Numbered from the stretch's first letter, positions 31,122-41,842 are shown. The stretch is 64,000 nt of DNA from an uncultured delta proteobacterium (GCA_963737905.1 CAVTUQ010000005.1:32001-96000); one strand, 5' to 3'. Notes: generated by a model from the sequence alone, not told the origin. Numbers and translations are program-made.

Positions 31122-32093
31122 AGCTTAAATGCATAATTTCAACATTGTTGGTTCTCTTTTCCATTATCGTATCCAGTACGTCCGATGCAGCGGAAAAAAT
31201 CACGGTTTCCTACAGCAGCCGGACTTACGCTTTTCTCCCAGCTCAGGTCGCTGTCGCCAAAGGGCTTTTTTAAAGATGAAAACCTCGATCCGCAATTGAT
31301 CCAGATGCGAAGCCAGGTGACGGTGCCAGCTTTGCTCAGTGGGGAAGTCAATTACACTCTGAGTTTCGGCAACATCATAGCGGGCGCGATGCAGGGCATG
31401 CCGTTTAAAATACTGGCGGTTCTTACGGATAAGCCGCTCCATCACATTGTGGCGCGGCCGGAAATTAAAACCATCGCCGACTTGCGTGGAAAGCGTATCG
31501 GTGCTCAAAGGATCGGCGGGTCGGATCAACTCGCGGCTGAGGCGATTCTTCAAGCGAAGGGACTGGACCTGAAAGAGGTTCAATTCGTTACGTTAGGAGC
31601 CGACGAGCCCGTACGGGCGGAGATGTTAAGAAAGGGCCTCGTCGATGCCATCTGTGTCGCTCCTCCCGGGCCAAATCGACTGGCGCGGGAAGGTTTCAAT
31701 GTCCTCGGCGGGCCAAAGGACTTGAAGATTGGCAGCCCCATTTCCGCCGTTGCGGCTACGGATTTACAGATCAAGAACAGCCGGGACGAAACCAAGAGGG
31801 TCCTGCGAGCTGTTGTGCGCGGGCTGCGCTTCATCCACGAGCGAAAGGAAGAAGTGATTCCCATCATGGTCAAGTGGCTGAACCAGACCCCAGAGGTAGC
31901 CAGGGATTCATACGACTTGATCCTTCCGTCATTCAGTCCCGACGGTGGCACCGTGGACAAGACTTACGAGTTTGCCATCGATGCGCGCAAGGCGACCGTC
32001 AAAGCGGACAAAGTCATTCCACTCTCCCAGGTGCGGGACATTTCTCTGCTCCGAGAAGTACAAAAGGAATTGCGCTTACAACAAACTCAGTAA
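31118..32093 (+). CDS. ABC-type substrate-binding protein, NMT1/SsuA-like (frameshift near 31260)
   Basis: ATG 31118 overlaps the bioD stop. Signal peptide MKLKCIISTLLVLFSIIV, then KGFFKDENLD and DLRGKRIG. Confidence 0.8.
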
Positions 32094-32104
32094 ACGACTG
32101 TTCG

Positions 32105-32458
32105 ATGAGCCCCGAAGCGCAGAAGCTTGCCCAAGTGCTGTTGGATCACCGTAGAAAAGCTTGCCAGCTTCAGAGTGAGACACGCCCGAGCGTGGAGTCC
32201 TGTCTTGTAGCATATGGAGATCTGTGCGAGCGGGCCGGCATATCTCATTTAAAACCGAAAATCGGTAAGTTCTTGCGGGAAATCGCAAAGTGGTGTCATG
32301 ACAACGGCTGGCCGCCGCTCAATACACTGGCCGTCAATCACGATACCCAAAGGCCCGGTCGTGGCTATGACGGCGCTCCCGGTTGCAGCCTCGAGCGCTG
32401 GCAGGATGACGTGGCGGCGTGTATCAAGTTTACCGATTACCCGGATGCAATCTCTTAG
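32105..32458 (+). CDS. Hypothetical protein (YGDL...PPLNTLAVN...PGRGY motif)
   Basis: ATG at 32105, just after the SBP stop; 117 aa. Confidence 0.6.
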   Translation: MSPEAQKLAQVLLDHRRKACQLQSETRPSVESCLVAYGDLCERAGISHLKPKIGKFLREIAKWCHDNGWPPLNTLAVNHDTQRPGRGYDGAPGCSLERWQDDVAACIKFTDYPDAIS

Positions 32459-32463
32459 CTTCG

Positions 32464-33723
32464 CTATATCGGTTTTTCAGAACCGAACCGCCGCAACCCG
32501 GGCAACGCGGCCCAGCAGGCGAGTGTGAGGATTGAACCGACGGCGCAGCCGAAGAGGAGTGAGCCCGGAGCTCCAATTAGTGCTGCCATAAAGCCGACTT
32601 GAGTGGCTCCAACCGAGTTGGCGCCTTGGGAAAACATGTTAAAGACGGCGAAAGCTCTGCCGCGAACTTGGTCGGGAGTTAGAAGATGGAAAGTGGTTTG
32701 GCGCATAACCGCTTGCAATGAGTTCACGAGTCCGAGGATTCCAAGCAAAAAAGCTGACAGCCAGAAGTTCGTGGATATTGCGAAGACTCCGACAGCCACC
32801 GCGTAAGAAAAAAACGACCAGAGTGCCAAAAGTCCTTTGTGCTCGACATCGCCGATCACAAGCAGGAGGACGGTTCCGATAATCCCGCCTACCGCTGGAG
32901 CTGAGGATAATACGCCGAAGCCGGCAGGTCCCACGTATAAAATATCTTTGGCAAAGATCGGCAGCAGCGGCCGGTAATAGCCCACTCCGGCGACTATGAA
33001 GTCGAGCATGACCATGGCCAAAACAATGGGCTCCGAAAAAAGAAACCGCAGGCCGCCCAAAAAACTCCCAGCGGAAAATAGCTCTCTTTTGCCATCCGGC
33101 GCTCCCGGCGTTTGAATGAGAATAATGCTGGCTGCTGCCGGAAGGTAGAACAAAGCATTGAACAGGTACGAGTTGCCGATATCCATCCATTCAAGACTCA
33201 CGCCGGCTATCATGGGACCTATGAAATGGGCCGCTTGGGACACGCTGGAGTTTAGCGACACCGCGTTCGTGAGATGGGAACGGGGCACGAGCTTCGAGAT
33301 CAACGCCATTCGAGTCGGATTGAGAACGATGTTCAGAGCTGAAGTCAGAGCGGTACCGAGGAGGATGTGCCAAACGCGAATGGAGCCGGCCAGGGTCAAG
33401 ATCCCCAAGGCGACGGCAACGAGCAAGTTGCCGGCCACAGTGATGATGAGGAGCTTTTTACGATCAACAAAGTCCGCCAGCGTACCGCCGAAGAGTCCGA
33501 ATGCGAATAGAGGAATTCCTTGGGCCAAGCCCGTCAGCCCAAGCTGAAGCGCAGAGCCCGACAATTCATAAACCTGAAAGAGGTTCTGAGTCAGGCGCAT
33601 CTGTTGCGCTGTGGTGGCAAAAAGCGCAACGGAAAAAAGCAGGCGGTAGTCGCGATATCCGAGCGAAGCCCAGGGGGACCGCGATTTGGGCAAATCGGTG
33701 CTATCCAATTGATCGTCGGCCAT
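32464..33723 (-). CDS. MFS transporter (EntS/MFS_3-like)
   Basis: About 12 hydrophobic segments, GGTLADFVDRKKL, and TPDQVRGR. Confidence 0.9.
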   Translation of the reverse strand: MADDQLDSTDLPKSRSPWASLGYRDYRLLFSVALFATTAQQMRLTQNLFQVYELSGSALQLGLTGLAQGIPLFAFGLFGGTLADFVDRKKLLIITVAGNLLVAVALGILTLAGSIRVWHILLGTALTSALNIVLNPTRMALISKLVPRSHLTNAVSLNSSVSQAAHFIGPMIAGVSLEWMDIGNSYLFNALFYLPAAASIILIQTPGAPDGKRELFSAGSFLGGLRFLFSEPIVLAMVMLDFIVAGVGYYRPLLPIFAKDILYVGPAGFGVLSSAPAVGGIIGTVLLLVIGDVEHKGLLALWSFFSYAVAVGVFAISTNFWLSAFLLGILGLVNSLQAVMRQTTFHLLTPDQVRGRAFAVFNMFSQGANSVGATQVGFMAALIGAPGSLLFGCAVGSILTLACWAALPGLRRFGSEKPI

Positions 33724-33743
33724 TTGGAGCGGGTGGGAAGGTT

Positions 33744-34907
33744 TTACTTCTTACTGCTCCTGACGGCCTCGTCGTAAAGAAGCTTGAGAGGGATTTTCTT
33801 GGCGGCGGCAATTCGTTTCAGATCGTCGTATTCGGGGGCGACTCGTTTTGCACCGTCCGGTGCTCCAACGATTTTGACTCTGATTGTTCCGTAGCGTGTC
33901 TTAACCTTTTCTGATTTGCGCTTGAGGATGACCCGGCCCACGGGATAGTAGCGAACACCGATGGTCGAAGTTTCGCTCAGAATAATTCGCGCTAGCGCTT
34001 CTCGATCCTTCGGCTCGGCAATGACACGGAGCAGTGTCCCGGGCCGGTTCTTCTTCATTTGGATCGGCGATAGGAACACATCGCGCGCCCCGGCGGCCAA
34101 GAGACGATCGAAAACATAATCGTAAAACTCGGGATTCATGTCGTCGATGTTGGTTTCGATGACGAGCATCTCTTCTTGGCTCCATGGGGCAACGTCTGTG
34201 CCGATCACCAAACGGAACACATTGGGCCGATTTGGGAAATCTTTCTGTCCCGCCCCGTAGCCGATCTTTTCCATCGTCATGCTCGGCTGTGCACCGAAGC
34301 TCTTGCCCAGGGTGCTCACAATGGCAGCTCCCGTGGGGGTTACGGTTTCGCCATCGAGATCGATTCCCTGAACCGGCAATCCCTTTAACATTTCAAGCGT
34401 CGCTGGTCCCGGAAGCGGAAGAGGACCGTGTAGAGCACGGATCACGCCTCGACCTAAGGGAATGCGGGAAAAATGGAAGGCGTCGATGCCGAGTTCATCC
34501 GCGCCTGCCGCTGCGGCCATGATGTCGACGATTGAATCCGTTGCGCCGACTTCGTGAAAGTGGATTTTTTCGGGGGCGACGCCGTGGATCTTTCCCTCGG
34601 CTTCGGCGAGGCGAGAGAAGATATTAATGGCCGTTTCCTTCACCGCGAGACGAAGCCTGCTCCGCCTGATCAAGCTTCGAATTTGTTTCCAGGAACGCGC
34701 GGACTCCTGATGGGGACAAATGACGTGAAACTGAGTCGCGCGGATGCTGTGAATCGTTTTCTTGGCGACTGCGAGCCTGTATTTGAGGGTGGGGATTTTC
34801 TTGAGTTCCGACTTGAGCCTATTTAAGGGCAGACCGAGATCCAGCATGGCGCCGACAAACATGTCGCCGCTAATGCCGCCGATGAGGTCGCCGTAGGCAA
34901 TCCTCAC
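33744..34907 (-). CDS. larC: Nickel-pincer cofactor biosynthesis protein LarC
   Basis: GISGDMFVGA, IHFHEVGATDSIVD, ETVTPTGAA, ETNIDDM, MKKNRPG, TSTIGVR, and PEYDD. Confidence 0.92.
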   Translation of the reverse strand: MRIAYGDLIGGISGDMFVGAMLDLGLPLNRLKSELKKIPTLKYRLAVAKKTIHSIRATQFHVICPHQESARSWKQIRSLIRRSRLRLAVKETAINIFSRLAEAEGKIHGVAPEKIHFHEVGATDSIVDIMAAAAGADELGIDAFHFSRIPLGRGVIRALHGPLPLPGPATLEMLKGLPVQGIDLDGETVTPTGAAIVSTLGKSFGAQPSMTMEKIGYGAGQKDFPNRPNVFRLVIGTDVAPWSQEEMLVIETNIDDMNPEFYDYVFDRLLAAGARDVFLSPIQMKKNRPGTLLRVIAEPKDREALARIILSETSTIGVRYYPVGRVILKRKSEKVKTRYGTIRVKIVGAPDGAKRVAPEYDDLKRIAAAKKIPLKLLYDEAVRSSKK

Positions 34908-36208
34908 CCTCCGACCCCTCCTTGAGGATTGAAGATCGAGGATTGAGGATCGGCAATCGCCATCTTCGATCCTCTATCTTCCATCCTCGTTTTTCACCAC
35001 GACATGTCGGAGTTTCTTTGCCACTCATCTCGACGTAAATCTTTTCCGATTTGAACGGCGTGCCGGCCAGCCGGTCGGCGAGCCAGTCGACGAGCAAGGT
35101 TCGGGCGCGGGGGTTGCGGATGGAGTGTTTTTCTCCTTCATAAACCACCAGCACTCGGGGACCGGGAATGGCATTCATGAACTGATAAACAAACTCGATG
35201 GGACACAGGTCGTCGTCTTCGCCGGCCGACGATGAGATAAGGACAGCGGATCTTGGGGGCCACGTCCTTCAAGGTCAACGTTTTTGCGAACTCATCAAAG
35301 TCAGTCTCGTTGTCATACCCGGCCATGTACATGTAATTGAGCTTGAAGGTGGGCGAGGCCGAGTTGAAAATCGTGTTTTGGCCGGGTTCGACGTTGACCC
35401 CACTCACCGCGCAGGCCTTAAAGCGGGGTTCGACAGCCGCGACGCGGGGACCCCAGTAGGAGCCCATACTGGAGCCCATGATCGCGAGGCGGTCGGGATC
35501 GATTTCCTGGCGCTTCGCCAAATAATCGCAGGCGAGCTTTCCTGCGTCTTCGTAGTTGGAGGCGGTGCATTTGATACCGCGCTCCCTTGTTTCGCCCTGG
35601 CCGGGCCCGTCGATGGCAAGCACAGCAATGCCCCGTTCCAACAGCGGATCGTTGTGCATCGGATTGTCCTCTTTGACGCCGTCCATACCCGGAATGTAGA
35701 GAACACAAGGAACTCGCTCGCCGGATTTCCTGTTGGGAGGCAGGTGCAGCAGAGCTGCGATGGATTTGGATTGGTATGGAAGTTCGACCCGTTCAATGGG
35801 CCGGCCGGCATATTGAATAAACTTATCATAGCACGCTCTTTTGCGTTCGGCCCAGGCGATGCGCTTCTCATTGCCATCTTCGTACACCCCCCACATGGCG
35901 TTGGTGTAAAAGGTCGCCGCGATGTAGTAGTGCTCGCGGGCGTCCACGAAGTGCCCGGCCCTTTCGGCCTCGCGAGCCAATTCTTCGCGCCGTACCGCGC
36001 CGCGCGCGAACTCACGAGGGATATCGACGAACTTTTGCACCCGGCGGGTAATCTCCTGAATGTCCCCTTGCACGCCGGGACCGCAGTTGCGCAGGATCTT
36101 CCCCGTCCGTCCCTGATCCCAATCCAGCCCGCGGGTTTGAATGATTTGATCCAGTAACCAGCGCTGCTCGCGCCAGCGTTTCATCTTCTTTTCAGTCTCA
36201 ACTCTCAT
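34870..36208 (-). CDS. Alpha/beta hydrolase, FrsA / 2,6-dihydroxypseudooxynicotine hydrolase-like (frameshift near 35225; true stop probably near 34995)
   Basis: IPGMDGVKE, DGPGQGE, nucleophile GSSMG. The second frame gives EDDDLCP...GEKH. Confidence 0.8.
34922..34989. repeat. Heptamer array plus inverted array (hairpin) at the hydrolase/larC junction
   Basis: ttgagga-ttgaaga-tcgagga-ttgagga ... tcttcga-tcctcta-tcttcca-tcctcg. Confidence 0.85.
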
Positions 36209-36424
36209 TTTTCTCTCCTCCACGACCGATATAAGACCCATCTCCTTCCGACCGGTCCAAGGCAAGCAGAGCTACCTAACAGGTGGCGCTGACTTTAGTC
36301 AAAAAACGTAACGATGGCAAATACGCCAGTGGGCAATCGAACGCTCGTTCCTGGTTGATTATTAAGAACTTTTGTGGTTATAAGGAAGCATAGGCTTTTT
36401 GTGGGTTAATTACGAAAAATCAAT

Positions 36425-36811
36425 ATGTTATTTGATTTTGCCAACGTCTTGGTATTTACCGTGCTCGGCCTCGGATTCGTCGGGGTCAACCTCTTGATCG
36501 GCAAACTGCTGAGGCCGTCGAATCCCCAGGTTCGCAAGCTATCGACTTATGAGTGCGGTGAACCGTCAAGCGGTAGCGCCTGGGTGAATTTCAATATTCG
36601 GTTTTATCTCGTGGCGCTGATTTTTATCATCTTCGAAGTAGAAATTGCCTTTATTTTCCCGGTGGCGACCGTGTTCCGGCGTTGGATCGAAAATGGACAG
36701 GGGCTCTTTGCCTTTGTGGAAATTCTCGTTTTTATTGGGATTCTATTTCTTGGCTTGGTCTACGCATGGGCCAAGGGCGACTTGGAGTGGGTGAAGAAAG
36801 TCAAGGTTTGA
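36425..36811 (+). CDS. nuoA: NADH-quinone oxidoreductase subunit A
   Basis: [19 protein letters not shown], and KGDLEW. Confidence 0.93.
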   Translation: MLFDFANVLVFTVLGLGFVGVNLLIGKLLRPSNPQVRKLSTYECGEPSSGSAWVNFNIRFYLVALIFIIFEVEIAFIFPVATVFRRWIENGQGLFAFVEILVFIGILFLGLVYAWAKGDLEWVKKVKV

Positions 36812-36835
36812 TTCCTTGATCCGTGAGGGTCTTTC

Positions 36836-37348
36836 ATGAAGCCATTGCTTAACTCATTACCGGAAACAGTGTTTACGACTAAAGTGGATGACCTGCTCAA
36901 TTGGGGGCGGGCCTCTTCACAATGGTACATGCTATTCGGGTTGGCCTGCTGCGCCATTGAGCTCATGCAGACGGGAGGCCCACGGGCTGACCTGGACCGC
37001 TTCGGCGCGGTTCCACGCGCGACGCCGCGTCAATCGGATCTGATGATCGTAGCCGGGACGTTGACCTATAAGATGGCCAAACGGACCAAGCTTCTCTACG
37101 ACCAGATGCCCGATCCAAAGTACGTTATTTCCATGGGCAGCTGCTCGAACTGCGGCGGCCTTTTCCAGTTGGCTTACTCGGTTTGTAAGGGCGTCGACAA
37201 AATTGTCCCCGTGGATGTCTATGTGCCGGGATGCCCGCCACGACCGGAGGCGCTAACAGAGGGGCTTCTCCGGATTCAGGATAAAATGATGCGGGAACGC
37301 TGGCTGGTCAAGCCGTCGCGCCAAGAGGGGAACGGGGCCGAGGCTTAG
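36836..37348 (+). CDS. nuoB: NADH-quinone oxidoreductase subunit B
   Basis: [12 protein letters not shown], and VPGCPPRPE. Confidence 0.94.
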   Translation: MKPLLNSLPETVFTTKVDDLLNWGRASSQWYMLFGLACCAIELMQTGGPRADLDRFGAVPRATPRQSDLMIVAGTLTYKMAKRTKLLYDQMPDPKYVISMGSCSNCGGLFQLAYSVCKGVDKIVPVDVYVPGCPPRPEALTEGLLRIQDKMMRERWLVKPSRQEGNGAEA

Positions 37349-37352
37349 GGGG

Positions 37353-37859
37353 ATGGAGGCTAAAGAGGTCTATCAACAGCTGGAGAAGCAGTTTCCCGGC
37401 AAAGTCGGTGACTTTAAGGGGGAGGTGCCGGAGCCTTACTGCTCGGTAGATCCAGAGGCGATTGTGGAAATCAGTCGCTTCTTGCGAGATGACTCAAAAT
37501 TAAAGTTTGAAGTCCTCTCCGATCTCACCGCGCTTGATTGGCCCAAGGAAGAGAAAATCCAGGTCGTCTATCACCTCTATTCCTACTCCAATAAATCACA
37601 GATCGTCTTGAAGGCGGATTTGCCCCGAGATAACCCGAAGGTTCCAACCCTGGAAGGGGTATGGAAAGTGGCGAATTGGTTCGAGCGTGAAGTCTTCGAC
37701 CTCTTCGGGGTGATCTTTGAAGGTCACAGTGACCTTCGACGGATCATGTTGCCGGAGGATTGGGTTGGATATCCGCTGCGTAAGGACTATGTCGAGGAGG
37801 AGGAGTACGACGGCATCAGTACCCAGCGCGCGCCACTGGTAGAAAAACTACTCCGCTAG
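37353..37859 (+). CDS. nuoC: NADH-quinone oxidoreductase subunit C
   Basis: ANWFEREVFDLFGVIFEGH and GYPLRKDY. Confidence 0.93.
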   Translation: MEAKEVYQQLEKQFPGKVGDFKGEVPEPYCSVDPEAIVEISRFLRDDSKLKFEVLSDLTALDWPKEEKIQVVYHLYSYSNKSQIVLKADLPRDNPKVPTLEGVWKVANWFEREVFDLFGVIFEGHSDLRRIMLPEDWVGYPLRKDYVEEEEYDGISTQRAPLVEKLLR

Positions 37860-37868
37860 AAAGAGCAC

Positions 37869-39010
37869 ATGAACGAAACTGCGCCGGTTGAAAGCCAGGG
37901 CTTTTACGCCGAAGAGATGACCATCAGCGTCGGGCCGCAACATCCCAGCACCCACGGCGTGTTGCGCTTCGTGGTTAAGACCGACGGCGAAGTGATCAGC
38001 GAAGCGATCCCCGATGTCGGTTACCTGCATCGGTCCATTGAGAAGATCGGCGAGAAAGTCACCTGGCATGGATACGTCCCGTATACCGATCGGGCGGATT
38101 ATCTTGCAGCGATGTTCGCCAACCAAGTTTTCTGTATGGCGGCGGAAAAACTCGCTAAAACGGAAGTTACGCGCCGGGGAGAGTTCTGCCGGGTGATCGC
38201 GTGCGAGCTTAACCGCATTGCCAGCCACTTGATCTCTGTCGGCACTTTCGGCCAGGACATCGGTGCCATGACACCGTTCGTCCACGCGCTCCGGGAGCGG
38301 GAGACCATCAATAACCTGATGGAGGAGATTTGCGGCGCGCGGTTAACTTACAATTACATTCGAATCGGGGGGGTCGGCTACGACATCCTGCCGGAGACCT
38401 GCACGCGGATTTCCGAGTTTTTGGAGCACTTCGAACCTATTGTCGATGAATTCAATCGTCTGCTATCGAATAATAAAATCTTTATCGAACGGCTTGCGGG
38501 CGTTGCGGTGATCAGTAAGGAAGAGGCTTTTTCGTACAATCTCGTGGGGCCGAACCTACGCGGTTGCGGGATAAAATGGGATATCCGCCGCGATATTCCC
38601 TATTCCGTTTATCCCGAACTGGAGTTCGAAGTTCCGGTTGGAACCGGTCAAGTAGGTACCCTCGGCGATAGCTATGACCGTTACTGGGTACGTATCTGCG
38701 AGTTACAGGAAAGCTGCAAGATCCTGCGTCAAGCTTTAAAGATGTTGCCCAAGGGACCGGCCATTGCCAAAGTGCCGCGCAAATTCAAACCTCCGGTGGG
38801 AGAATGTTATGCCGCGTCGAGGCGCCCCGCGGCGATATGGGTTTTTACGTCGTCAGCGACGGCAGCGAATATCCTTATCGCGTACGAATCCGCACCGGTT
38901 CGTTTACGGCCATGAGCATTATTGACAAGCTCAGCAAAGGAATCATGGTCGCCGATCTGATCGCTCTCATCGGCAGCCTCGACGTGGACGCTCCGGAAAT
39001 CGATCGGTAA
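37869..39010 (+). CDS. nuoD: NADH-quinone oxidoreductase subunit D (frameshift near 38810)
   Basis: [23 protein letters not shown]-terminus VEAPRG...EIDR is in the next frame. Confidence 0.92.
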
Positions 39011-39028
39011 TAGAATTTCGAGTCCATC

Positions 39029-40216
39029 ATGCAAGCTCTCATCGATCAGCTGATACGAGATGGCTACTTCACGGGGGTGCCCAAAGAAATCGTTTATGCC
39101 ATCGCTATGGTACTGGCGGCGTTTATCGTGCTCTCCATTTTCGTTGCTCCATTAGCGGGAGTGACAAGCTGGCTCGAGCGGCGTGTCTGGGCCAGAATGC
39201 AATCCCGTGTAGGCCCGAATCGGGTTGGACCCCAGGGGATTCTTCAGTGGCTGGCGGACGGCATCAAGAATTTACTCAAAGAAGATCTGATCCCATCTGC
39301 GGCGGACGCCAAGCTCTTTTCGCTGGCACCCTATGTCGTCTTCATGGGATTTCTCTGCACCTTTGTGGTCATTCCTTTCGGCAGCGCCCTCATCGTAGCG
39401 GACCTCAACATCGGCATTCTGTACATTTTGGCGGTGACGTCCCTCGTCGTCGTCGGGATTCTCATGGCCGGCTGGTCCTCCAACAACAAATGGTCCTTGC
39501 TCGGCGGCATGCGTTCAGCGGCGCAGATCGTGAGCTATGAAATTCCCGCGGGTTTATCGATTCTCACCATTGTTTTTCTTGCGGGCACGATGAGCATGCA
39601 GGGAATTATCAACGCCCAAGGTTGGGCGCCGTGGGACTGGTTCCTCTTCAACAATCCGTTTACGTTTGCAGCGTTTTTCCTCTACTTCACGGCGGCCTTG
39701 GCCGAAGGTAACCGGACACCCTTCGATATTCCTGAAGCCGAATCGGAGCTCGTCGCCGGTTACGTCACTGAATATAGCGGCATGCGCTTCTTGTTTTTCT
39801 TTTTTGCCGAATGGGGCAACCTTTATGTGATTGGCGCCGTGGCGACAACCCTGTTCCTAGGCGGTTGGCACGTTCCGCCCATCACCCGCGATCCGATTCT
39901 TCTTGGCGTGCTCCAGTTTGTGGTTTTCTTCCTTAAGGCTTATCTCTGGGTGTTTATTGCGATGTGGGTGCGGGCGACGTTGCCACGTGTTCGAGTCGAT
40001 CAGCTCATGGCGCTCTGCTGGAAATACATGGTTCCCCTATCGTTTATCTGTTTACTGGGAACTATCTGCTGGATGCTGGCCTTCCCGAAGGGTAACCAGA
40101 TTTTTAGCGTCGCGATGTTTGTTTTGGGGTTGCTCATTTTGGCGTATTTCTTCAAGCGGGTGGTTTTTCAAATTCGTCATGCGCGGCCGGAGCTTTACTT
40201 TAAGCCGCATATTTAG
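39029..40216 (+). CDS. nuoH: NADH-quinone oxidoreductase subunit H
   Basis: ERRVWARMQSRVGPNR, ADGIK, RTPFDIPEAESELVAGY, and RVRVDQ. Confidence 0.94.
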   Translation: MQALIDQLIRDGYFTGVPKEIVYAIAMVLAAFIVLSIFVAPLAGVTSWLERRVWARMQSRVGPNRVGPQGILQWLADGIKNLLKEDLIPSAADAKLFSLAPYVVFMGFLCTFVVIPFGSALIVADLNIGILYILAVTSLVVVGILMAGWSSNNKWSLLGGMRSAAQIVSYEIPAGLSILTIVFLAGTMSMQGIINAQGWAPWDWFLFNNPFTFAAFFLYFTAALAEGNRTPFDIPEAESELVAGYVTEYSGMRFLFFFFAEWGNLYVIGAVATTLFLGGWHVPPITRDPILLGVLQFVVFFLKAYLWVFIAMWVRATLPRVRVDQLMALCWKYMVPLSFICLLGTICWMLAFPKGNQIFSVAMFVLGLLILAYFFKRVVFQIRHARPELYFKPHI

Positions 40217-40233
40217 TTTTTAGTTGAGGACTT

Positions 40234-40791
40234 ATGGGTATTGCGAGTTACGCTAAAGATATCAAGGATACGATAACTTCGGTTTTTGAGGGAATGTCCA
40301 TTACCTTTTCACACCTGGTTCGACGTCCGATGACGATCCAGTACCCGGATAAGATTCCAGTGCCGATCCAGGAAACTCTGCCGCGGCGCTACCGGGGGAT
40401 TCTCGAAGTCGATATGGATATCTGCACCGGTTGCCTGGCTTGCGAGAGAGACTGTCCGATCACTTGCATCACGATTGGCATCGAAATGGACAAGGCGACT
40501 AAGCAGAGGAATTTTACTCATTTCGATATTGATATTTGCAAGTGCATGTACTGCGGACTCTGTTCTGAAGCTTGTCCGACCGGAGCCATCCGCCACTCCC
40601 AGGAATTCGAGGGGGCGAGTTACAATCCGGCGGGGCTGGTCCGTCATTTTGTAACTCAACCTCAACCGCTCTATAAACCCAAGAAGGGCGGTGAAACAGA
40701 TTCGAAGCTGGCGGAGAAAGTCGATATTGGGATGAAGTATTTGGATGAATTCGCCACGCCGGACGGAGGGGCAGCCGCCGAGGAGGGGTAG
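40234..40791 (+). CDS. nuoI: NADH-quinone oxidoreductase subunit I
   Basis: TIQYP and two CxxCxxCxxxCP motifs. Confidence 0.93.
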   Translation: MGIASYAKDIKDTITSVFEGMSITFSHLVRRPMTIQYPDKIPVPIQETLPRRYRGILEVDMDICTGCLACERDCPITCITIGIEMDKATKQRNFTHFDIDICKCMYCGLCSEACPTGAIRHSQEFEGASYNPAGLVRHFVTQPQPLYKPKKGGETDSKLAEKVDIGMKYLDEFATPDGGAAAEEG

Positions 40792-40910
40792 GCAGCAAAA
40801 GCGGGGCGAGATCTGTAAAAACTCTCAGCACCTCTTGATCCCAGACCGATCTTCCGGTATTTGAGCCAAAAAGTCTTTGGCTTTCCAAGACCCCCAAAAA
40901 TAGTAGAGCT

Positions 40911-41411
40911 ATGGATCTCTCGACGGCAGTTTTTTATCTGGTCGCTCTGATCACGGTGGGTTCTGCGCTGATGGTAGCGTTTTCGCGGAACATCATCTAT
41001 TCCGCGTTTTCGCTTCTCGGAGCGTTCGCAGGTGCCGCAGGGCTTTACGTGTTTCTCGGCGCCGACTTTGTGGCTGCGGTGCAGCTACTGATTTACGTGG
41101 GTGGTATTTTGGTGCTCATCCTCTTTGCCGTCATGCTCACTCATCGCATCACGGATGTCGAAATCACCAACCGGGCAGCGGGGCGCATCCCGGCCCTCAT
41201 CGTTACCGGCGTATTCATTTATCTCCTCATTCAGACCGTTCGTGAGACCTCGTGGGTCAAGGCGAAAGAGATCATCTACCAACCGACGACGGGAAAAATC
41301 GGCGACCTGTTCCTCGACAGCTACCTGCTTCCGTTCGAGCTGGCCTCTTTGGTTTTGTTAGCCGCTCTTATCGGCGCCGTAGTTATCTCCCGCAAGGAGA
41401 TCAAAGAGTAG
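40911..41411 (+). CDS. nuoJ: NADH-quinone oxidoreductase subunit J
   Basis: QLLIYVGGILVLILF and PFELAS. Confidence 0.92.
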   Translation: MDLSTAVFYLVALITVGSALMVAFSRNIIYSAFSLLGAFAGAAGLYVFLGADFVAAVQLLIYVGGILVLILFAVMLTHRITDVEITNRAAGRIPALIVTGVFIYLLIQTVRETSWVKAKEIIYQPTTGKIGDLFLDSYLLPFELASLVLLAALIGAVVISRKEIKE

Positions 41412-41413
41412 CC

Positions 41414-41734
41414 ATGCCAGTATTTTCACCCAACGAGCTCTCTTCCTATCTCATTATCGGAGCTATTCTTTTCACCCTTGGCCTGTTTACCGTTCTCACC
41501 CGGCGCAACGCAATCAGCGTTTTGATGGGAGTCGAGCTGATATTAAATAGCGCCAACATCAATTATGTCGCGTTCTCGCATTTCGGCAGCGGCAACGCGG
41601 ATGGCCAGATCTACGCCATTTTTGTCATCATGCTCGCTGCGGCCGAAGCCGCGGTTGGATTAGCGATCGTCCTGGCGATCTTCCAGATCTTCCATACCAT
41701 CGATGTTGAAGCCGTGGAGACGCTGAGAGATTAG
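41414..41734 (+). CDS. nuoK: NADH-quinone oxidoreductase subunit K
   Basis: RRNAI..LMGVELILN and AAAEAAVGLA; ATG at 41414. Confidence 0.92.
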   Translation: MPVFSPNELSSYLIIGAILFTLGLFTVLTRRNAISVLMGVELILNSANINYVAFSHFGSGNADGQIYAIFVIMLAAAEAAVGLAIVLAIFQIFHTIDVEAVETLRD

Positions 41735-41842
41735 TTCAAGGTTCAAGGTTTCAGGTTCAAGGGAAATAAAGGAGACACAATTCTTCTAACCGTCAATTTC
41801 TCATTAATCCAAAATCTAAAATCTAAAATCCGAAATCGAAAT
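41734..41842. repeat. Two further heptamer arrays at the nuoK/nuoL junction
   Basis: gttcaag-gttcaag-gtttcag-gttcaag (41734-41761) and aatccaa-aatctaa-aatctaa-aatccga-aatcga (41806-41842). Confidence 0.8.

Noticed and set aside
36340-36424. FNR or Rex site upstream of nuoA
   Set aside because: Only half-site matches (TTGAT, TTGTG). Better explained as an AT-rich sigma70 promoter, and too weak to call.
36836-39010. nuoB/C/D as a group 4 NiFe hydrogenase, given the nearby larC
   Set aside because: NuoD lacks the N- and C-terminal CxxC nickel ligands and has the complex [10 protein letters not shown] motif; NuoB has tandem CC. LarC is unrelated to hydrogenase maturation.
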